A stretch of 63,917 bases of DNA, the filler included, from an uncultured Methanoregulaceae archaeon (GTDB lineage Archaea > Halobacteriota > Methanomicrobia > Methanomicrobiales > Methanospirillaceae), in the NCBI GenBank assembly GCA_964530035.1. It is 9 parts of 9 records of this genome, joined end to end, with 100 filler letters (N's around TTAATTAATTAA, not from the genome) between each part and the next. Parts side by side here need not be neighbours in the genome. Positions count along the whole stretch, not along the records: positions 59,693 to 63,917 come from CAZGXZ010000187.1; 8 more parts are not named here. The stretch is one strand, 5' to 3'. The notes below the pieces were generated by a model, which saw nothing but the letters and a program-made list of their open reading frames with translations, had not been told where the DNA came from and did no database searches. Below are positions 60,342 to 63,917 of the stretch, in pieces. The first letter of the stretch is position 1, and every line of letters starts with the position of its first letter. Position numbers and translations under genes: made by a program.

Positions 60342-61181
60342 GTGTACCGAATAACCGGCAGGAAAGAGCTTGCCGAGAAGGTATACGAGATCTGGGTGAA
60401 GGCCCCTCACATCGCGCGACATGCACGCGGTGGGCAGTTCGTCATTATCCGGACCGGCGAGGGGGGCGAACGGATACCCCTGACGATATCGGCGGTACGT
60501 GGCGACGAGATCCGTATCATCTTCATGGCGGTCGGAAAGACCACCCACCAGCTTGCAGCCCTCCGGGAAGGCGAACCAATAACCGATATCGCGGGACCTC
60601 TTGGTCACCCGAGTGATATCAGGACACATGGGACCTGTGTGCTTGTTGGCGGGGGTGTGGGAACGGCGTCCCTCCCTCTCATCGCACAGGAGCTCGTCAG
60701 GGCGGAGAACCGTGTCATCACCATCATCGGTGCACGGAATGCCTCCCTTCTCCTTCTCGAGGAAGAACTTGGAGCGACCTGTGATGAACTCCTCATCGCG
60801 ACCGATGACGGGAGCAAGGGGTTTCATGGCTTTGCCGCAGAACTGCTGAAGGTGGTCCTTGCGAGGGAGAAGGTGGACTGCGTCTGGATCATCGGCCCTG
60901 CCATCATGATGAAAATAACGTCCGAGGCAACACGGGTCCAGGGCATCAGGACCTACGTAAGCCTCAATCCCATCATGGTCGACGGTACGGGCATGTGCGG
61001 ATCATGCAGGGTGAAGGTCGGAGTAGAAACCCGTTTTTCCTGCGTTGACGGACCCGAGTTCGATGCCCACCAGGTGGACTGGGACGTCCTCCTCCAGAGG
61101 CAGCGCATCTACGTGGACGAGGAACGGGAGGCGCTTGAGCGGTACCACCATGAATGCGCGTGCAGGGGAGGTGCCGCTTGA
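60342..61181 (+). CDS. nfnA: NfnA/SudB-type flavin + [2Fe-2S] subunit
   Basis: GQFVI.R..GERIPLT, GPLG, GGGVG and MVDGTGMCGSCRV...CVDGPEFD motifs. Confidence 0.9.
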   Translation: MYRITGRKELAEKVYEIWVKAPHIARHARGGQFVIIRTGEGGERIPLTISAVRGDEIRIIFMAVGKTTHQLAALREGEPITDIAGPLGHPSDIRTHGTCVLVGGGVGTASLPLIAQELVRAENRVITIIGARNASLLLLEEELGATCDELLIATDDGSKGFHGFAAELLKVVLAREKVDCVWIIGPAIMMKITSEATRVQGIRTYVSLNPIMVDGTGMCGSCRVKVGVETRFSCVDGPEFDAHQVDWDVLLQRQRIYVDEEREALERYHHECACRGGAA

Positions 61182-62524
61182 ACGAGCGTCCCGCTGAAAC
61201 CAGGGTCCATGACTTTCTTGAAGTCGAACAGACCCTTGATGCGTCCGAAGCCGTGGAAGAAGCCACCAGGTGTATCCAGTGCAAGAAGCCCCTCTGTGTC
61301 GGGGGCTGCCCAGTCTCAATTGACATTCCCTCATTCATCCAGGCTATAGCGACCGGGGACTTTTCGACCGCCACCCGTATCATGAAGGATGAAAACCTGT
61401 TCCCAGCCATCTGCGGGCGTGTCTGTCCCCAGGAGGTCCAATGCGAGGGTGCGTGTATTCTCGGGAAGAAGGAGACCCCCGTGAGGATAGGAGCCCTTGA
61501 ACGTTTCATTGCGGCTTGGGAAACCAGTCAGGATCCGGTTTTTCCGTCAATAGCACCCGACACGGGTAAATCTGTCGCTGTAGTAGGATCAGGCCCGGCC
61601 GGACTGGCAGCTGCGGCCGAACTGGTGAAATACGGGCACAGGGTCACGATTTTTGAATCTCTCCACGAGCCCGGGGGCGTCCTGGTTTATGGTATTCCGG
61701 GGTTCAGGTTACCGAAGGACATCGTCAGGAGGGAAATTTCGCAGATAACCTCTCTTGGGGCGACCCTCAAGTGCAACCATATCGCCGGCCGCTCGGTCTC
61801 CGTCCCCGAGCTTCTCACGTTCGATGCCGTATTCATCGGGACAGGCGCAGGTCTTCCATCCTTCATGGGACTCCCCGGCGAAGACCTGTCCGGAGTGTAC
61901 TCCGCCAACGAGTTCCTGACCCGTGTCAACCTCATGCACGCCGAACGGTTCCCTGAAACGGACACACCTGTCAGGAGGGGCGAAAGAGCGGTCGTCATCG
62001 GGGGAGGGAATGTCGCTATGGACGCAGCAAGGGTCTGCAGGCGGCTCGGTTGCAGGGTCACCCTCCTGTATCGGCGCCGGAAAGAGGACCTGCCTGCACG
62101 AAGAGCGGAAATCCGGCGAGCGGAAGAGGAGGGTGTCGAGTTCCTGACCTGTGCAAACCCGGTCAGGATCCTTGGCGGCCCCACTGTCACCGGGATCGAT
62201 TGTGTAAGGATGGCCATGTGCAGTGCCGACGAAACTGGCCGCCCCACCGCAGTTCCTGTCCCTGAAAGTTTGTTCTCTCTTGAGTGTGACATCGTCATCG
62301 AGGCCATCGGACAGTCACCGAACCCGCTTCTCCTGGATGAACTGGACGGAATACGGAGAGGGCCACGGGGCAATGTTATCGTGGACGACGATTGCAGGAC
62401 ATCCATCGACCGTGTCTATGCCGCGGGAGATGTCGCGACGGGAGCAGCGACCGTTATCCTTGCCATGGGCGGGGCCAAACGGGCAGCCCTGTCCATACAC
62501 CGGATGCTGACCGAAGACTCCTGA
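61178..62524 (+). CDS. nfnB: NfnB/SudA (GltD-like homotetrameric glutamate synthase family) subunit
   Basis: RCIQCKKP.C..GCP, CGRVCPQE.QC, GSGPAG, GGGNVAMD and GD..TG motifs; TTG start overlaps the upstream stop. Confidence 0.9.
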   Translation: MNERPAETRVHDFLEVEQTLDASEAVEEATRCIQCKKPLCVGGCPVSIDIPSFIQAIATGDFSTATRIMKDENLFPAICGRVCPQEVQCEGACILGKKETPVRIGALERFIAAWETSQDPVFPSIAPDTGKSVAVVGSGPAGLAAAAELVKYGHRVTIFESLHEPGGVLVYGIPGFRLPKDIVRREISQITSLGATLKCNHIAGRSVSVPELLTFDAVFIGTGAGLPSFMGLPGEDLSGVYSANEFLTRVNLMHAERFPETDTPVRRGERAVVIGGGNVAMDAARVCRRLGCRVTLLYRRRKEDLPARRAEIRRAEEEGVEFLTCANPVRILGGPTVTGIDCVRMAMCSADETGRPTAVPVPESLFSLECDIVIEAIGQSPNPLLLDELDGIRRGPRGNVIVDDDCRTSIDRVYAAGDVATGAATVILAMGGAKRAALSIHRMLTEDS

Positions 62525-62530
62525 ACCCGT

Positions 62531-63700
62531 CTATCCTTGGTATTCCCGGATGAGGTCCGAGTAGACCGTCACCGACCGCAACAAGGCGTCCCGCGGAACC
62601 TTTTCATCGACGGCATGGATGACCGAAGGGTCTCCCGGCCCATATTCTACAACCGGGCAGCCGAATGCACGCAGGTGGCGTGCATCGCTTGCTGCCCAGC
62701 TGACAATAGGAGATGCCTCTCCACCTGCCGCATGGCTGACACATCCCAGGATGCGCCTCACTAACGGGTGGTCGGGGGATGTGAGGGAAGGTTCGTAGTA
62801 TTCCATCTTTTTTATTGTCACGGCATCCATCCCATCCAGAAGATCGCCGAGGAGGTCATCTGACCGGCACCCCCACGGCAGGCGGAATTCCAGTTCGAGT
62901 TCACACTGCTGGGCGATGACGTTCGCTTTTTCCCCGCCCCTGATGGTTCCCGGGTTGAACATCACCCTCGTGAGGACCGACCCGGCATCCGGTATCCCGA
63001 GGATCTGCGAGAGTACCCGTGTCGAGTTCTCAATCAGGCCCTGACCGGGTTCTCCGACCGGGAAGATCCTTTTGTGGATTTCACCACATTTTTCAAGAAG
63101 CCTGTATGCCTCCATGATCGCACTCGTGCCGCGCAGGGGATAGAGGCTCCCATGACCGGGCACTCCCTTAAAACCCAGGGTGAGGCGGCATAAACCTTTC
63201 TGGCCAATATTGGGGTGATGTTCCGGGGTTGGCTCGGCTATCAGGCAGTCCTTGGGCTGAATAGCCTTGTTTGCGATGAGGTGCTGGATCCCGCACCTGC
63301 CCCCGGTCTCCTCGTCGCAGACAAAAGCGAGGTCAACACAGGGCGTGGTAGCTGAATCCGCGAGCCTGGCGCATGCGGCGATGATCGCAGCACATCCCCC
63401 TTTCATATCGGATGACCCGCGACCATGGACCGCATCCGCCGTGATCAGCCCGGAGAAAGGGGGATGGGTCCACCCTTCAGCCAGGGCAGGGACGACATCG
63501 ACGTGACCGCACAGGAGAAGCTGTGAGTTATCCTGTCTGCTTACCAGGTTGCACCTCCCGCCACGGTTCCTGACCAGCTCCGAGCTCAGGCCGATGCTTT
63601 CGAGCAGCCCCATGATGTAATGGATTATATCTTCGGTCTCTCCTGGAGGGTTATCACTCCGTATCCTGACCAGTTCTGAGCAGATGCGGGTTACGTCCAT
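62531..63700 (-). CDS. M20 metallopeptidase (DapE/ArgE family)
   Basis: GHVDVVP, GRGSSDMKGG, DEE, AEP, GHGS, SDAR and HAVDE motifs. Confidence 0.9.
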   Translation of the reverse strand: MDVTRICSELVRIRSDNPPGETEDIIHYIMGLLESIGLSSELVRNRGGRCNLVSRQDNSQLLLCGHVDVVPALAEGWTHPPFSGLITADAVHGRGSSDMKGGCAAIIAACARLADSATTPCVDLAFVCDEETGGRCGIQHLIANKAIQPKDCLIAEPTPEHHPNIGQKGLCRLTLGFKGVPGHGSLYPLRGTSAIMEAYRLLEKCGEIHKRIFPVGEPGQGLIENSTRVLSQILGIPDAGSVLTRVMFNPGTIRGGEKANVIAQQCELELEFRLPWGCRSDDLLGDLLDGMDAVTIKKMEYYEPSLTSPDHPLVRRILGCVSHAAGGEASPIVSWAASDARHLRAFGCPVVEYGPGDPSVIHAVDEKVPRDALLRSVTVYSDLIREYQG

Positions 63701-63707
63701 GGTATGT

Positions 63708-63917
63708 TCATCCCGTGCCGCCTGCAGTCCGGGCTCTCCTGAACTCATTGAATAACGAGGCGAGTGCAGAATCTTCATACAGGCTCATCAGGACCGGTTG
63801 GGAAAAAAAATCTGTGATATACCGGGTAAGGACCGATGCGGGAAGTGGTTCGCGGCTGTCCGGTTCGAGGACAATGCGGAAACTCCGGTAAGAGGCTGCA
63901 TCATCGGGCATGTAGAT
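63708..63917 (-). CDS. Hypothetical protein, C-terminal fragment
   Basis: Open frame from the window edge, ending just before the M20 start. Confidence 0.45.
   Translation of the reverse strand: MYMPDDAASYRSFRIVLEPDSREPLPASVLTRYITDFFSQPVLMSLYEDSALASLFNEFRRARTAGGTG

Overview
Archaeal methanogen DNA, most consistent with Methanomicrobiales (Methanoregula/Methanolinea-like), judged from TFE, Trm56, RadB, archaeosine synthase, form III RuBisCO, an atwA-like start, a PGF-CTERM protein and archaeal pilins. The window is not one locus. It is nine contigs joined by artificial 100-bp linkers (N-TTAATTAATTAA-N), and the complete contigs fall in descending length order (7443, 7399, 7381, 7347, 7328, 7262, 7243 bp), so only within-contig neighbourhoods are meaningful. 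Housekeeping content: homocysteine/sulfide assimilation trio, tfe, serA, ppsA, cobalamin cbiGHCDE, mutL, R15P isomerase-rbcL-dapF, radB, larC, cdc48, arcS, nfnAB, tRNA-Leu(GAG) and tRNA-Val(GAC). Most notable observations: (1) a dispersed, modular non-coding repeat family built from MITE-like units with GGCTYTGTTGAAAT-type terminal inverted repeats and tetraloop hairpins, with at least 6 copies or remnants, four of them running into contig ends; (2) a ~150-nt rod-like hairpin with G-U pairs, a candidate ncRNA; (3) an AdiA-GadC-unknown-HdeD acid-resistance-like cassette; (4) an Fe-S-clusterless MutY-like glycosylase; (5) a pilin array followed by an FmdE plus metal ABC operon with an atypical, C-terminally anchored binding protein; (6) surface proteins with tandem PsbP-like domains; (7) broken kup and fmdE genes.
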